Assembly: GCF_037042905.1 (NCBI RefSeq)
Contig: NC_087249.1
Location: forward strand, 54,932,001 to 54,996,000
Origin: Lytechinus pictus
Taxonomy: Eukaryota
Length of the DNA stretch: 64,000 nt
Direction of reading: 5' to 3'
Positions 1 to 14,900 of this stretch are shown here, in pieces. Each line of letters starts with the position of its first letter. Positions within the stretch are counted from its first letter, which is position 1. The translations under genes were made by a program, and so were the position numbers. The notes below the pieces were generated by a model that was not told the origin of the DNA, did not search any database, and saw only the letters and a program-made list of their open reading frames with translations.

Positions 1-1379
1 TACGTAAAATAACAATTACTCGCCTCTTTTTTTGCCAAATGAAGGTGATCATGATAGATAATGTATATAATTTAGTTGGCATCAAAACAGCATCTTGTAG
101 ATAATTTCCTAAATGGAAGATTGTTTAAAGTATTGTTTTTGTAATTTCTAATGTATTTCTTTGTTTTTCTGATATAAATTACAATATCTTTTTCAACTTT
201 AGTATATGTATGTACGGGGGTCTTTTTTTACATATGAAAATTATTCCTTTTGTGCTTTGTATGACCAAATAAAAATACAAGTGTGCTATTTTCTGATATA
301 TTTGATTGTTTTACCAATTCCTTATGTATTCTATTGTTTCAACAATTTGTTATACATGTATAATATGTAACTCTTGATTTTAGAGACAATGGACATTTGA
401 TTACAATTTTTTTAGGAGGGATGAGCAGCTGAGTGTGAAATATGTATGAAGCATTGTATGCAATTTATTAGAAGTATCAAGAAGGATAAAAATCAAGCTT
501 TAATATATTCTATCAGTTTTCAATGCATATTTGTAGACATACATTGTATAACAAAGGCCCTGTTTGAGCTATCTTTAAAGAAAAATAAATAAATTCAGAT
601 TCTAGAATGAAATCACTGCACATAAATGAACACATTAAATACAATACTTCCATATTATTATGAAACATAACAAAAAAAATATAGCAAGATTTTGTAGAAA
701 AGAACTTACCAATCTCCCTATGGATAGACTTGAAAGGCACCAAATTATTAGTTGAAGCAAAAAGGAAAAGAAAAGAGTGGTCTATTTCTTTCAAAACAAA
801 GAAAAAAAAACAACCAGGAAAAAAACAGATATCAAAGCTCTAAACAACAACAAAAACAGACATCAAAGCTCCAAACAAACACTCGAAAAACAAGAGAAAC
901 AAAAGTGACACAAAACTTGTACCAATCCCATCCCCATTTTCCAGTTTAAAACACAACCCCCACCTGCACCCCTAAGGAAAAAAAAAAGGAAATAAAAAAA
1001 GATAATAAAATTAATAAAATAGAGAGAGAAAAAAAATCATAAATACAGGACTTAGACCCATCTGGAAATGAAATATTCTTTCCTCTGAGTTTATTTTTTA
1101 AATAAATAAACAACAACAACAAAATAAACAACATAGTCCTTGCATTCTAATAAAAAATCAACATTTAAGATATTCCCCTTTCCAAAGCAAATCCAGTCTC
1201 CAAATAATGAAAGAAGAAAAAAAAAATAACAAAAAATAAAAAAGAACGATAAAAATAAATAGATAAGCAAGCATTCCTTATCCGGGGTTAGCAATAACAA
1301 TTTGGCATCTGTAAAAAGGGTAATATTAAAACTTATATACAGAAAGTGCACATCGTCGACTATCTGAAAAAAGGCACAT

Positions 1380-1700
1380 GCCACTATGTGCGCATTTGCA
1401 TTAAACCCTATTTTTTAGGAGCCGGCCAGACAGAGGCGATGCCACTTGTAGCAAAACCTGTGCAAAACCGGTGCAGCCAAAACCAGCGCTCGCGATGCGA
1501 CGGCACTCGCACATACCTAGATAAGGGCGCCTGTGATCTCTCTTGCGCCTTAGGCTTAGCCCTTTAAATACCATACCCTTACGCTTAGTTCGCCTTCTGA
1601 CTCTGATAGCTGATGATGATGACAAGCGAAATTCACTAATCAAGACAAATGTCGACTTCCATAATTATATAATGGAATATAGTATATTTTGGGTATGTAT
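1380..1700 (+). promoter_or_regulatory. Putative promoter / 5' non-coding exon region of BRCA2
   Basis: Local CpG-rich patch in an AT-rich background about 1.2 kb upstream of the first coding exon; plausible donor G|GTATGT at 1692/1693. TSS cannot be determined from sequence. Confidence 0.35.
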
Positions 1701-2089
1701 CCAATTTAATGAATTCCTTGTTCAAATTTTGTGGGGGGGGGGGGGGAGGGGGTAGCCAGGGAGGCTCGTAACCGTACTTTGGGTTAAACTTTAATAGAGA
1801 ATGTCATATCACTGACGTGCTTGATCTCCTCTCCACGGAGCCAGGGACGGGATGCCATTGCACTACACGCACCAAGTATTTTGCCAACGATAAAGGCGCT
1901 AAAAAATACACATTTTCTTTAAACATGTTAAAATTTTGGGTTTTGAGCCCAAACTTAAATGTAAATGGGCTACAATATCATTTGGACCCAGTGCTTAATT
2001 CAGATTAAAAAAACCTTGTATTGGCTGATAAATATCATGAATCTTAGCATTGAGGTAAAGATTCATGATATTTATCGGCCGATGCAAGC

Positions 2090-2614
2090 ATTTTTCAGGT
2101 CAAGGTTAAAGTTTACTTGCAAGACTCTTATGACACATAACTCTGCAACCATAAGTCACTTTTCATCCAAACTTAGATAGTAGATGTACTTAGGGAACGT
2201 GCATGTTATGCTGCAGCTGGAGTTCAAAGACAAAGGTCAATTTCAGGTCAACATTAAAGTTTACATGCAAGACTCTCTTAAGACCTACAACTCCACAACC
2301 GAAAGTCACTTTTCACCAAAGAAACCTGGGTTGTTGATGTACTTAGGGAACCTGCATGTTATGCTGCAGTCAGAGGTCACATGGTAAGGTCAAAAGGTAA
2401 TTTTAGGTCAACATTAAAGTTTAAATTTATGCCAGATTCTTACGGCAATACACCAGACTGGCCTGTACTGTTACCAGATGAAGAAGAAGACAAATGTTAT
2501 TCAACCCCAGTTATTTCGCAATGAACTTTGATACAATTCTGTTCTGTGCCCATGCAAATCGCGATATTTCTGTTTATTTTCACAAGTGGGCGAGACACAT
2601 TGCGTATGCCTTGT
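2090..2614 (+). mobile_element. 5'-truncated copy of HINE-like family B
   Basis: About 2 degenerate units of the 9761 element repeat, and the same 3' end (gtgggcgagac...gccttgtt). Confidence 0.75.
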
Positions 2615-2846
2615 TTTTTTTTTACAAATCCCGTGATTAAACCATGTAGTTCTTGGGTATAATCTAGTACATGTAGATGCCAAGGACCTAAAACATGAAA
2701 AAAAAAATGAGATGATTCATTTTATAATTAAGATATGGTAATATATTCATCGGTAACACATGGGACCAGAAAAAATAGTGTTTTTCAACCTTGACTTTAT
2801 TTCATTATCTTGGCTTCCCCTGTTCATCAATAGATAATGACTGTCA

Positions 2847-2964
2847 ATGTTAGCTGACATGATGGAATCTACATGTACACCCAAAAGCTCCCAGTCTAGA
2901 TTCATCAGCCAAGGATGCAAGAAACACACAAGACTCAGACACAGACCACTGCAGTTTACCCATG
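2847..2964 (+). CDS. BRCA2: BRCA2 coding exon 1 ([13 protein letters not shown]...LQFTH)
   Basis: Acceptor tag at 2831-2833, in-frame TGA at 2838 upstream of ATG 2847 (alternative ATG 2859), donor GTACGT; phase 1 joins the next exon in frame. Confidence 0.6.
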
Positions 2965-5900
2965 GTACGTTTCTCTGTACATGTGTCCAATAATTTATTT
3001 CTTCTTTATTTGATTTGATATACATTTAATTTAGAAGTTTGAGTGTCTTGATCATGTACTTTTCAAGCCTGAATGTAGAATAAATCCAGGCAGGGAAAAA
3101 ATTACACTGGGGCTGGTGGCGATTTACATGTAGCCTCGAAAGACTAAAAAGTGCCCTGGAAACTAAAAAATGAGCCCTGGAAATCTCCGTTCATCAGAGT
3201 GTTATTGCATCAATGTTGCAGATTTATGCAGTCGATAGTGAAAAGTAGCCTCTGAAATAAAAAAATAAAAAAAGGAATTTTTTTTTTTTTTTGGGGGGGC
3301 CTGAAACCATGTGATATTATTTCGTCACAGCTGCTATTGACTTTTGGCAAGCCATTGGAATTTCCTTGGCTTATTTGTCTCTCTCATGTTGTGTCAACTC
3401 ACTGCTCTTCATTGTAATACATGCAGGTTTGTTACGCTGCTTAGGTTTGTACTATCAAGCTTTTTATTGTATAAAACATTTTATACATGGTGTGCAATTA
3501 TAGTTGTTTGAACAATGATAACATTTCAGATTTCATACCGGTTCAACACTCTGCACATTCTAACTCGTCACTGGCATCCCTTTTTGAAGAGAGCTCCCTC
3601 TGTAGTTCACTTGGTGAAATAGATACCAGCTGGTTTGACAGTGGAAGATGGACATCTAATGATGAAACAAAATGGAAAAAAGAGGTGAGAATCATCTTCA
3701 TGGGATTTGGGATGATCAAAAAGAGTGATTGTACAACAAACGATATTTACTTGTCACAAGTGTAAAAGGTTTCTTATTTTGACAACCGTTTGAAAAGAAT
3801 ACCTTCCCAAAAAGTTGCTGAAATTTTACATTTCATGTCCTTACTATACATCCAGGAAATGCCCATCTATTTTCCAGATTTCCTTTCAATTCTTTTTATC
3901 ATTTTTAAAACTATCAAGAGAATTAGAAATATTTCCTCCGTTTTTTTTTTTACTTTGAAAGATCATAGTTTACAGTTGATGTTACACAGTTTGAACAACT
4001 ACATGTACATGATAGTCTAAGTACATGTGGAACTACATGTACAATATGTGTATGATATTTTCCCTCATGAACAGAAGGCAAAGCAATCACATAATATTTA
4101 GAGCAAACTTCACAGGACATGCTGTCCATGAATGCATAAGATAATGGCATTGCTAGCCTTCCATAGTTGAAATCTATGATGTCATACTAACTCAATCATA
4201 CTATCATTACTATGTAGAGCTATTTGTGAGACAGAGTCCTGGGGTGGTATTCTGAAAATTGTCTTAACTTTTCTTGTAACTCAGCAAGATAACAGCTCGC
4301 TAAAATTCTCTTAAATCGGTATTCTGAAAATTGTCTTAGCTCTGAAAGGACGTCCCCTATTTTATCTATGGCATGCCCAATATTCTATCATAAACCAGTC
4401 ATTAAAGTTTTTATATGCTTAGGCCAACCATATAAGTGTCTCTTCTGAAAGTTATTATAAGCGCATTGTTGACATGATGCGTATTTCCCTTGTGCCCTTG
4501 ATGCTTATGTGTGTTACTATGCTAAAAATACATGTGGTCATGTTTTCTTGAAAAGATTCATCATCTCGAATACCAATTTTTAATTGCTGAAAAGTTTACC
4601 AATCCGTCTCTGTAATGTCTTCGGAATGTCTCCTGCAGTAAAACATGATGTTCTTGCAGGATGCAGCAAGAAATTATTTTTGACCGAGAAAAATTGCATT
4701 CAAAATTAAGTTACAATAGCCCCCTACCTCTTGTAAATTTTCTTGTATTTTGCAAGGAATTTAACAGAACCCAAAGATAAGAACATTTTCAGAATACCTT
4801 TTATCTCGATATGTTATCTTGTGCACATAGATATTTAGGCGCCGTTTTTAACTTGCGCATCAATGTAGCTCTGACATCATATGCGCTCAGTGAAAGTTAC
4901 AAGAACATTTACGAGAAAAGATACAAGAATTTTCAGAATACAGATTTTATTGTAACTCCAAAGATACAAGAATATTTATCTTAAGACAATTTTTAGAATA
5001 CGGCCCCTGTTCTCCCTTATAATTAGCCCCTGGTAATGATTGTGCTGCGTATAAAGAAACAGCAGTGTTGACAATGCTGGAGAAAAAGTACTGAGTACCT
5101 CATATTTTGTTAGTGAACTTTTCTGGGTGGGTGGATTCTGAAATGATTATCCTCAGAAAAGTTTTTTTCACTATACATTTTTACCTTATCAAAGGTAAAG
5201 TTTATCATCATTATTTGGTCAGATAATGTATCTTTTTTAAAAACATAATTTACAAAATGTCTAGGACATTCTGAAGACCCCTCAAGCAAGTCAACGAGAA
5301 AGCAAAATCTTTTCTACTCCTGGGCTATTCACTCCTGATAGGCCGTCTCCTGTTTGTAAGCAGTGCAAAGATTACCCAGAATGCAACCCTCCCGATGAAG
5401 AGTCTGCTTCCTCTTTTGTTCGTCCGAAAAGGTTCAGAAAAGGTGAGAATATAATCTCTATTGAATATTTTAATTCCATTGTGTCTTAGTTCCATCATAG
5501 AACTGGTGGGTGTTTCATAATGCTGTTCATAAGTTACAAATGACAGAATCTGGTGACTCTTTCTTCAAAGGTCCGTACTGTAAATTCAGAAATATTCGCA
5601 GTACATTAATTTTTGTGGATTTCGCGCTAAGATCGGCGAGCGCGCATTAGAAAATGCTAATTTATGAGTATCTATTTCAATGTATGTTTTGAACCTGGTT
5701 CAATTCATGTATTCTTTTGGCAAGGAGACTGTATAATTTGACCGCTAGAGGGGTGACATTTAAGCAAGCAAGCTTTTCAAATGCTTCAACATGATTGTAA
5801 CGTGCATCGCAATTTTTTTTCTTCAGTGCAATCATTTTTTTTGTTAGTGGCAGATCGGTGTTTGAATTATGATGTTGCTTGAAAATAAAGTTGCATTTAC

Positions 5901-8900
5901 TGTTTGATTGGTGAGTGTTTAGGTCTGTTTGACACGTCTGATGTCTGTATAATATCTGGCCTTAATTCACAAGAAGACGTCTTGTCGATCACTCAGGTGT
6001 GTCAATTGATCCCAAGCACTTTAAAATCGCCGTAACCCCTCCCCCCCCCAGTCTCTACCCCGTGCTCGGCCCCATACCATACCAGGCAACAGGAAGAGGG
6101 GGTAAGAAGAGATGAAAAAAATTAATGGAGCTATAGGGAAGAATAGGATAAGAACAGAGAGGGACAAGGAAACGATCAAAGAAAGAAAAGAGGGTTGTAT
6201 ACATAGTTTACAGTATCATTTTTTCCACTTTAAAATTTAGCATTAAACTGTTTACATCATTAATAGATCGTTTAATTTGGAAAAATGCTCGAAATGTATC
6301 AAAATTAGTCAGTTTGATCAAAATGTTGACAAAACAAAAAAAAATAAGCAGAGATTGACCATGAACAGGCATGTTGTAGAACATAAATATCTTGATGAAT
6401 TTAAATAGGTTGATAAATCTAATAACAAGTTTAATAAGCATGAACAGGCAATAGAAATGTTGAGAAATTATTTGTAAATTATTAAATGAGTAAACGATAA
6501 TAAGTGGCATCTCCAGACATAAAAAGATCATTGCACATTGACGTGTGTATGAAGTCTGTTAAGACAAGATAGTATTATTGAATATAAATATTTTGACAGG
6601 AAATTAGGCCTACTCTAGATCTTAAGAAACGTTGTGATGTTCTCATCTGTAAAAAGATTGAGCATGGTTCGAGAAAAGTGTATATATCCTTTTTTCTTCA
6701 GTTACTTGTTCAATAATCTGATCAAATATGGCAGCGAGCTCTTACGGTACCTATTAGTTGTGTATTTTATTTCTATGTTACGCTCACTGTGCCGTAGATT
6801 GTTTCTGATTGTCAGATGGAAGCCACTGGGGGAACCTTTCACATATCGTCTTTGCGAACCTCTCACACATGTCAATCCATCTGTCACTCAGTGTATCTAA
6901 ACCACATTGCTTGGCGGCAGCACTGTAGGATTCATAATTGTCTCGTTCTCGAAGTATGACTCTCAAGCAGCGACTTTGTATTCGCTTCAGGGTATTTGAC
7001 AATTTTAACTGTTGGTTAGATAGTGAGGAGTGCCGTACGGGGGAACAGTATTCAAGCAGTAATCAAGTCATTCATTGGCGCTTCATAATGCCTGAGGATC
7101 TGGTGAATGTGAATCTTCCTGGAAGCTTTACAGAGGATGTTCTGAATATGGTCATTCCATTGTAGATTTTCCTGAACTATTTATGCTCCGAGAAACTTGA
7201 CACTTGGGCACTCAGGTACTTGTACGCCATCTATCTCCAGTGCTCCAACTGGAGGAGGATGGCAGGCAAAACACACATGCATGACTTGGTTATTTGAAGG
7301 GTTTAACTTCATATGTGAGGTATGACACCATTCTTGGAGAGATTTCAAAACGCCATGGAGAACTACCGGTGAGGTGATGGGACGACTCTCAGTTATAGTC
7401 GTGTCATCAACATATTTCTATGTGGGGACTGGTGCTCCCCTGAGTGCGTCGTTGATGATCACCAGAAAGATGAGGGGACCCAACCACATACCCTGGTGTA
7501 CTCCTGCTACCTTGGAAAGGTCCAAAAGTTCACCTCTGTTACCCAAGGGATCAAGATGTGGTCTACATGTAGCTCCCATTTCGTAAAGTTTATTGATGGC
7601 AATGTGACTTTGTCGTTGTGGAGTGTACAGCGCGAATTCAAGAACCCTTGAATATGTTTTGAAGCCGCCAAGCGAAAAATTGATAAAATGACTGCATTTA
7701 CAGTTAGTCAACACCAAAGACAATTTGTGGTATATTATTGTCACCAGAAATGGGTCACCAGTTTTGCGTTAAGTCATCTTTATGAAACACCCACCAGAAG
7801 TTGAATAAAACACAGATGATAGACTAAGGGTTAAGGGCTTTGGGAATAACTGTTGGTATGATACTTTTTAACATTGAGATATTTACATGTAATTGTGATG
7901 CCTTATAAAGTATTTAATACTTGAATAGACTTATGCAAGTATCTGTATTAGAAGTTACATTGTGTTCACTGATCATCCTTTTCTCCTTGAATTTGAAGTT
8001 CCCAGCAGCATCCATACAACACCCAATTCTCAAATCATCACATCACACCAGCCAACTAGTGGTCCACTGGCAGAGACAATACAGGAAGAAGATGAAGGGG
8101 AGAGGGGTCCAGCAGATGTTCAGTTTAGTCCATTCCCAACATGGAACCCTACTTCTAACAAAGACACACCTATCTTCATGAAGCAGCTTTTCAAGACTCC
8201 ATCCACGTTGTTTGGTGCAGGGGACAAGCGGGCCTGCAGCACTCCACTACAGCGTTTGGTACGTTGAGCTATAACATTATGTGAATTAAGATAAGACCTT
8301 AAAAGATACATTGAAAAACTATGTAGTGCTTTGAAAAATATATTTGAAGAACCTTTTTCCAAGAGAAGTTAGATCCATTATTTTTCATCAAATTTCAGTT
8401 ATTTACCTTAATCTATATACTTATAGTAACTCTAGAAGGTAACGCCAAGGAAAATTGAAATTCACATGACAAACTAATTAAGAATGGCCAAGAAAATGTA
8501 CTTTATTTTCAAAAGGGTTAGATCCAGTTTGGTTTATATCCAAATGGGGTTGGGTCCCCTTTTATCCATTCGGAGAAATATTTTTTTGTTTACTTCACCT
8601 ATATTGCAGTGTTTCTAATTGTAATAAACTTAAAATAATATACCAACATGGGAATGCAAAATCACATTTGAATTTTTTTCTTTTGAATAATGTTCATAAA
8701 AAAAGAATAATCCCTATGAAATTAAACTGATGTAACCTCTTTTGGAATTTAAATATTGAGATTCCTGCACAATTTTGGTGTCATGTGTGCTGTAATAATT
8801 TAGATTGAGTCCTAGATATAAACATTAGATTTCATCTGCTGGTCTTTTGGAATGGGCAAATGCACAGGGCATGAAAAATAAACATCAGTGTATGATATTA

Positions 8901-11900
8901 ATCTAGGTCAGGGACTCGGTTTTATATGAGAGGAGCAATAAAAAGCTCTTCTAACACTTTTAAGGGGAGCACTACAAAAAGCTTTTCTTTGACATACAAG
9001 AGAACTCTTTTTTCTGATTACAAAATTGATGAAGGAACTTGCACTATTGTTACAAGCTTCAATCTCATCATGCAAGACCTTAGTGTGTTCTATAAATAAG
9101 CAATTACATGTACATGTACATGCCTTCACATGTAATATATTTGGTATACCGGTAATGCAACACAGTCATGTTTATGTATCACTGTATTGTATGTGTTTGT
9201 GAGCAATGTGAACATGCATGCTTGAAACAAGAAATTTAGGTAGCTCTGCCTAAGTTGGATCATTTAGGACCACCAAAATTTTTTTGACTTTTTAATAGGA
9301 AAAATTCAAATTTACTTTATACATGTGTAAATATGTTTTGAATAATCTGGTCCAAAGGATTGCTTCTACATATGCGATTTTTCAACTTAAAAAGGGTAGA
9401 CTTCGGCATAGTTATCTGTAATCAAAAAAAGTTTCAAATTTAAAAATCACAAATTATAAATTTATCTTCTGTAACTTGTCTTTTAATAGAGTATTATTAA
9501 TTGTTTACTTTTCTTTGAGCAGTCTACACCCCAGAGGTTGTCAAGAAGTCTTGGTGCTGAACCTGAGGAGTCGGATCTCTCTTGGACCAGTTCCTTAGCC
9601 ACACCTCCAATGAGTTCCAAGAGCAAAACAGTCACCAGCTCAAACAAGAAACACATTGAAGATGATACATGGCAAACACATGTGAGTACAAGAATATCAG
9701 AATTCATAGGCATCTATTAGGTACCGGGGATCGAAATGAGAATTCTAAGGGATGATGCCATTTTGTCTCGCCCACCAGAGGTGAAGGCGAGACTTAGGGA
9801 TCCAAATGTGGTCCGTCCGTCGTCTGTTGTCCGTCCGTCACAAACCTAATGACACATAACTCCACAACCGTAAGTTGCTTTTCAACCAAACTTGGATGGT
9901 AGATGAAATTGGGGGACCTGCATCTTATGCTGCAGTTGGAGGTCACATGGCAAGGTCAAAGGTCATTTTCAGGTCAACGTTAAAGTTTACATGCAAGACT
10001 CTTATGACACCTAACTCTGCAACAGTAAGTCACTTTTCAACCAAACTTGGATGGTAGATGGACTGGGGAGACCTGCATGTTATGCTGCAGTCGGAGGTCA
10101 CATGGTAAGGTCAAAGGTCATTTTCAGGTCAACGTTAAAGTTTACGTGCAAGACTCTTATGACACCTAACTCCGCAACCGTAAGTCGCTTTCCAACCAAA
10201 CTTGGATGATAGATGGACTTGGGGGACCTGCATGTTATACTACAGTCGGAGGTCACATGATAAGGTCAAAGGTCATTTTCAGGTCAATGTTAAAGTTCAG
10301 GGGCCGCGGAACCGGGGGGCTGGGGGGCTTCAGCCCCCCCACTTTTTTCCAAAACCGTGTACAAAAACGCAAAAATGACCATACAATTGTGATTTTTTTG
10401 CATGGTCAGCCCCCCCACTTTGAAAACCGTTCCGTGGCCCCTGAAGTTTACATACAAGACTCTCTTATGACACCTAACTCCGTAACCGTAGGTCACTTTT
10501 AACCAAACTTGGATGGTAGATGGACTTGGGGGACCTGCATGTTAGGCTGCAGTCGAAGGTTACATGGTAATGTCAAAGGTTATTTTCAGGTCAACGTTAA
10601 AGTTTACATGCAGGACTCTCTTATGACACCTAACTCCGCAACAGTAAGTCACTTTTCAACCAAACTTGGGTGGTAGATGGTCTGGGGGAACCTGCATGTT
10701 ATGCTGCAGTCGGAGGTCACATGGTAAGGTCAAAGGTCATTTTCAGGTCAACGTTAAAGTTTACATGCAAGACTCTCTAATGACACCTAACTCCGCAACC
10801 GTCAGTCACTTTTCAACAAAACTTGGATGGTAGATGTACTTAGGCGACCTGCATGTTATGTTGCAGTCGGGGGTCACATGGTAAGGTCAAAGGTCAATTT
10901 CAGGTCAACATTAAAGTTTACGTGCATTGCTCTTATGACAAGTGTTATTCCATCCCAGTCATTTCACAATGAAGTTTTTAGACACTTCTGTTGCGTGCCC
11001 TCGCACATCACAATATTTCTGGTTATTTTCATTAGTGGGCGAGGCACAAAATTGCTTTTGCCTTGTTTGAAAAGGGCAGTTAAAGGAAAGGGAAGACAGA
11101 GCTCACTTTAGGAGGCATCCAAGGTCATTAGTAAAATGTACTTTTCAATGGGACAATTGCACTAGATTACCACAGGGCACAGGCCAAAGGTAAAAAAAAA
11201 AACACTTATTTTGGCCTTAAATCTCGAAATATTTGGAAGGGCATCAAGGCCATTTCTTGGGACATTGGATTTGAATGCAGGATAGTTTGAATTTCATAGG
11301 TTTTATTGTACAAAGGCATCTTTTATATTACTCCCTATAGAGTACAAATGTGCATTTTCATGTGTGGGTATGATAATAATAATAAAATTTATATAGTGCT
11401 TTGGCCTGAGGATACAAAGTGCTGCTATTATTACCCTGGCTTTAGCTTGAGCTAACAGTATTTCAACGGCTCTCAGAGCATTCAAGGAATATTATAAATA
11501 CATGTAGCCATGTGAAACAAGGTCTTAATCAGTTTTGATTACGTTCTATTTGGCACATACAAATGTGATTTTTTATTTCTTTTCCTATGGCAGGTTGTTG
11601 CCAAGGTTCTCTTCCAAGACGGTGGTTCTGTGGTTGAGATGGATAGCTGTGAGGAAGGGGATGAGGGCTCGACACAGCCTTTGAAAGTCATCAAGTTTCC
11701 ATCTATTAATGATGACAGTCAAGAAGAAGAATTCACCATAGAAACGGAAGATGGTGGAGAAAGTGATAAGAGTTTAGCAGGTGGGAGAAAAGAGATACCA
11801 GCACCCATGGTTAACAAGGAGAGTGATGAGTCTAGAGCTCAAATGGTGACAAAAGATTCTCCTGTGTTGCCTACTACCTTGGGGCAACCTCCTGTGACAG

Positions 11901-14900
11901 ACAATGGAAAGCCACCTCTTGCCAAACATCGAGAACATGAAAGCATCAGTGAGTCTGCAGATTCAAAGAAAGTTTCTGAACTGCATGTGCAGGAAGGAGG
12001 ATCTGTCAGAGAGAAGGTTGAGGGACCCAGTGTAGGCAATGCAGCTGAATTGAATGCCAAGAAGAATGTGAGTGGAGACTCCACAGAAACAAATGCTCTC
12101 TCAGAACTTGATTGCAAACAATGGAAGAAGAGTCCTCCTGTACAACCTGCAACGTCATCCCAGCAAAGCTTTATCATTGGTAGTAATCATGCTAGCCAAA
12201 TATTGTTCAACTCACAGGAAAGTACAAAGAATGATAAGACTGCAATGGAGGAGACACTGGCTTTCCTTCTGGCTACACCTCCAAGCAGGAGAGAGAAACT
12301 TCTTGACAGATTAGGTGCATCTAGAAGTTCCATTGGTGCTGGGACTTCCCTTGAGCAAGGTGCTTGTGATGCATTAGGCTCAACATTAAATGTAAAGAAT
12401 GACTTGTCTGTTTCTAGCCAGAGTGCCCCAATGAAAAGTGTTTTAGATGATACTTTGATGAGTCCTGCAGGTTTGCTCTGTAAGCCAATGAAATCCGGAT
12501 CTGATGAAGGGCAAGAAAGGAAATCTTTAGGCTCTGAAAGCAGCATGAATGGAAAACCTGATAATGGTGTAGTGGAGACACCAAGTAGACCTGCACCAGA
12601 TGTTGATTTGCTGTCACCGATATCACCAAATTATGCAGAAGCTCTCTGTAGAGTTACTGACATTGCATCCAGTGAGCAACCTATTGCCAGTAAGAACACT
12701 CTTGCTGGTCAAAAGTGCCTTGGAGTAGAGAGAAACCTAATGGGTAACTTTGAGAATCCTTATTATGAAGAAATAATTCATATCAGGGTTACCGATCAGT
12801 TACGGTCAGAGGGTCATGATGACCCTTTGGTAAAGCAGACCTTACACCCTACTGAAGCAAATAGACCAGATGCATTAGAAGCGAAGAACTCTTCATTTTT
12901 CCCTTCAAGTCTTCCAGCAAGTGCTAATAACAAGCTTCCAAAACCTTTTCTGTCAAAGCAAGAAGCACGTAAAGCCATGTCAACATCCAAGCCCGTAGCT
13001 GTTGCCAACCTCAAGACACAGTCTGTCACCAAGGGACGGTTTAAATACACAGCTCCTGCACCAGCACCCAGAAAGGATGGAGGAAGCATATCCAAGACCC
13101 GAAGCTGGCTATCCCGAGCTGTATATGTTGAAGAGGAGGAAGATGAGAAGGAAAATGAAGAGAAGAAAGGAGATGCTGTTCAGGCAGAAACTTTGGGTGA
13201 ATCATCAAAGAAGGGATGGACGATGAAGAGACATTCCCGATCAACAACCTGTAAGTTCATTGTTTCCTCGCTCTCGCGGTCGCCTCTTTTGCAATGGCTT
13301 TTTTTACAAAAATGGTGCTGGGATGACAAAATCTCATAACTCTATATTTCTTAAAAGATTATTGTTCAGCAGTGACCAAAATACCTTTTCTGCTATTGTT
13401 ATGTTTACCAAATGGGCCGTGGTTCTTGTGAGATTGTGTTGTGGCTTTATATTTGTCTCACCTGCATAGCAGAGTGAGACTATAGGCGCCGCTTTTCCGT
13501 CGGCGGCAGTGGCGGCGTCAACATCAAATCTTAACCGAAGGTTAAGTTTTTGAAATGACAGCATAACTTAGAAAGTATATGGACCTAGTTCATGAAACTT
13601 GGACATAAGTTTAATCAAGTATTACTGAACATCCTGCCTGAGTTGCAGGTCACATGACCAAGGTCAAAGGTCATTTATGGTCAATAAACTTAGACCATGT
13701 TGGGGGAATCAACATCAAAATCTTAACCTAAGGTTAAGTTTTTGAAATTTCTTCATAACTTCGAAAGTATATGGACCTAGTTGATGAAACTTGGTCATAA
13801 GGGTAAACAAGTATGACTGAACATCCTGCCTGAGTTTCAGGTCACATGACCAAGGTCAAAGGTCATTTAAGGTCAATGAACTTGGCCATGTAGGGGGTAT
13901 TTGTTGAATTACCATCATAACTTTCAAAGTTTATAGATATAGTTTATAAAATATGGATATAGCGGTAATCAAGTATCACTGACAAGTCTTAGGTCACATG
14001 ATCAAGGTCAAATGTCATTTATTGTCGATGAACATAGTATTGTATCATTATATGAATTGTGTTTTTTGTGAATAATTATGTTATAGTAGTTTTCAAAGTC
14101 AGCACTGCTGCTATATTGAATCGCGTGATGCAGGTGAGACTGCCAGAGGCACTCCACTTGTTGAGATGTAGAGGCTGGATTCAGGCAGGTTCATACTTGG
14201 AAGAATTGTCTATTCATTATAAAAAAAAGTGATTCAATCTAATTTGATAATGTGAGATCGAGTTATTCCAATGCTTATATTGCTGTAGTTTATATATAGA
14301 ATTTACTCCATTTTGGGAAAGTCATGTCAACATTTCTAATAAATTAAATGTCGTTTTTTATAGCTCATCTGTAATAATATTAATAATAATAATAATAGGC
14401 ATTTATATAGCGCCATCTATCTAGAAATATTCTATTCCGAGGCGCGTTTTTGTCTCGCCTGCATAGCAGAGCGAGACTATAGGCGCCGCTTTTCCGACGG
14501 CAGCCGCGGCGTCAACATCAAATCTTAACCTAAGGTTAAGTTTTTGAAATGACATCATAACTTAGAAAGTATATGGACCTAGTTCATGAAACTTGGACAT
14601 AAGGTTGATCAAGTATTACTGAACATCCTGCCTGAGTTTCAAGTCACATGACCAAGGTCAAAGGTCATTTAGGGTCAATGAACTTAGACCATGTTGGGAA
14701 AATTATTTTCAAAATCTTAACCGAAGGTTAAGTTTTTGAAATGACATCATAACTTAGAAAGTATATGGACCTAGTTCATGAAACTTGGGCATAAGGTTAA
14801 TCAAGTATTAGTAAACATCCTGCTCGAGTTTCAGGTCACGTGACCAAGGTCAAAGGTCATTTAGGGTCAATGAACTTTGGTCAAGTTGGGGGTATTTGTT

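Noticed and set aside
1672-1692. ATG GAA TAT... as first coding exon
   Set aside because: Its phase-0 donor does not give the BRCA2 frame in the next exons; at most a uORF in a non-coding exon.
6330-7525. Active or domesticated reverse transcriptase
   Set aside because: Fragmented by frameshifts and stops, and 5' truncated.
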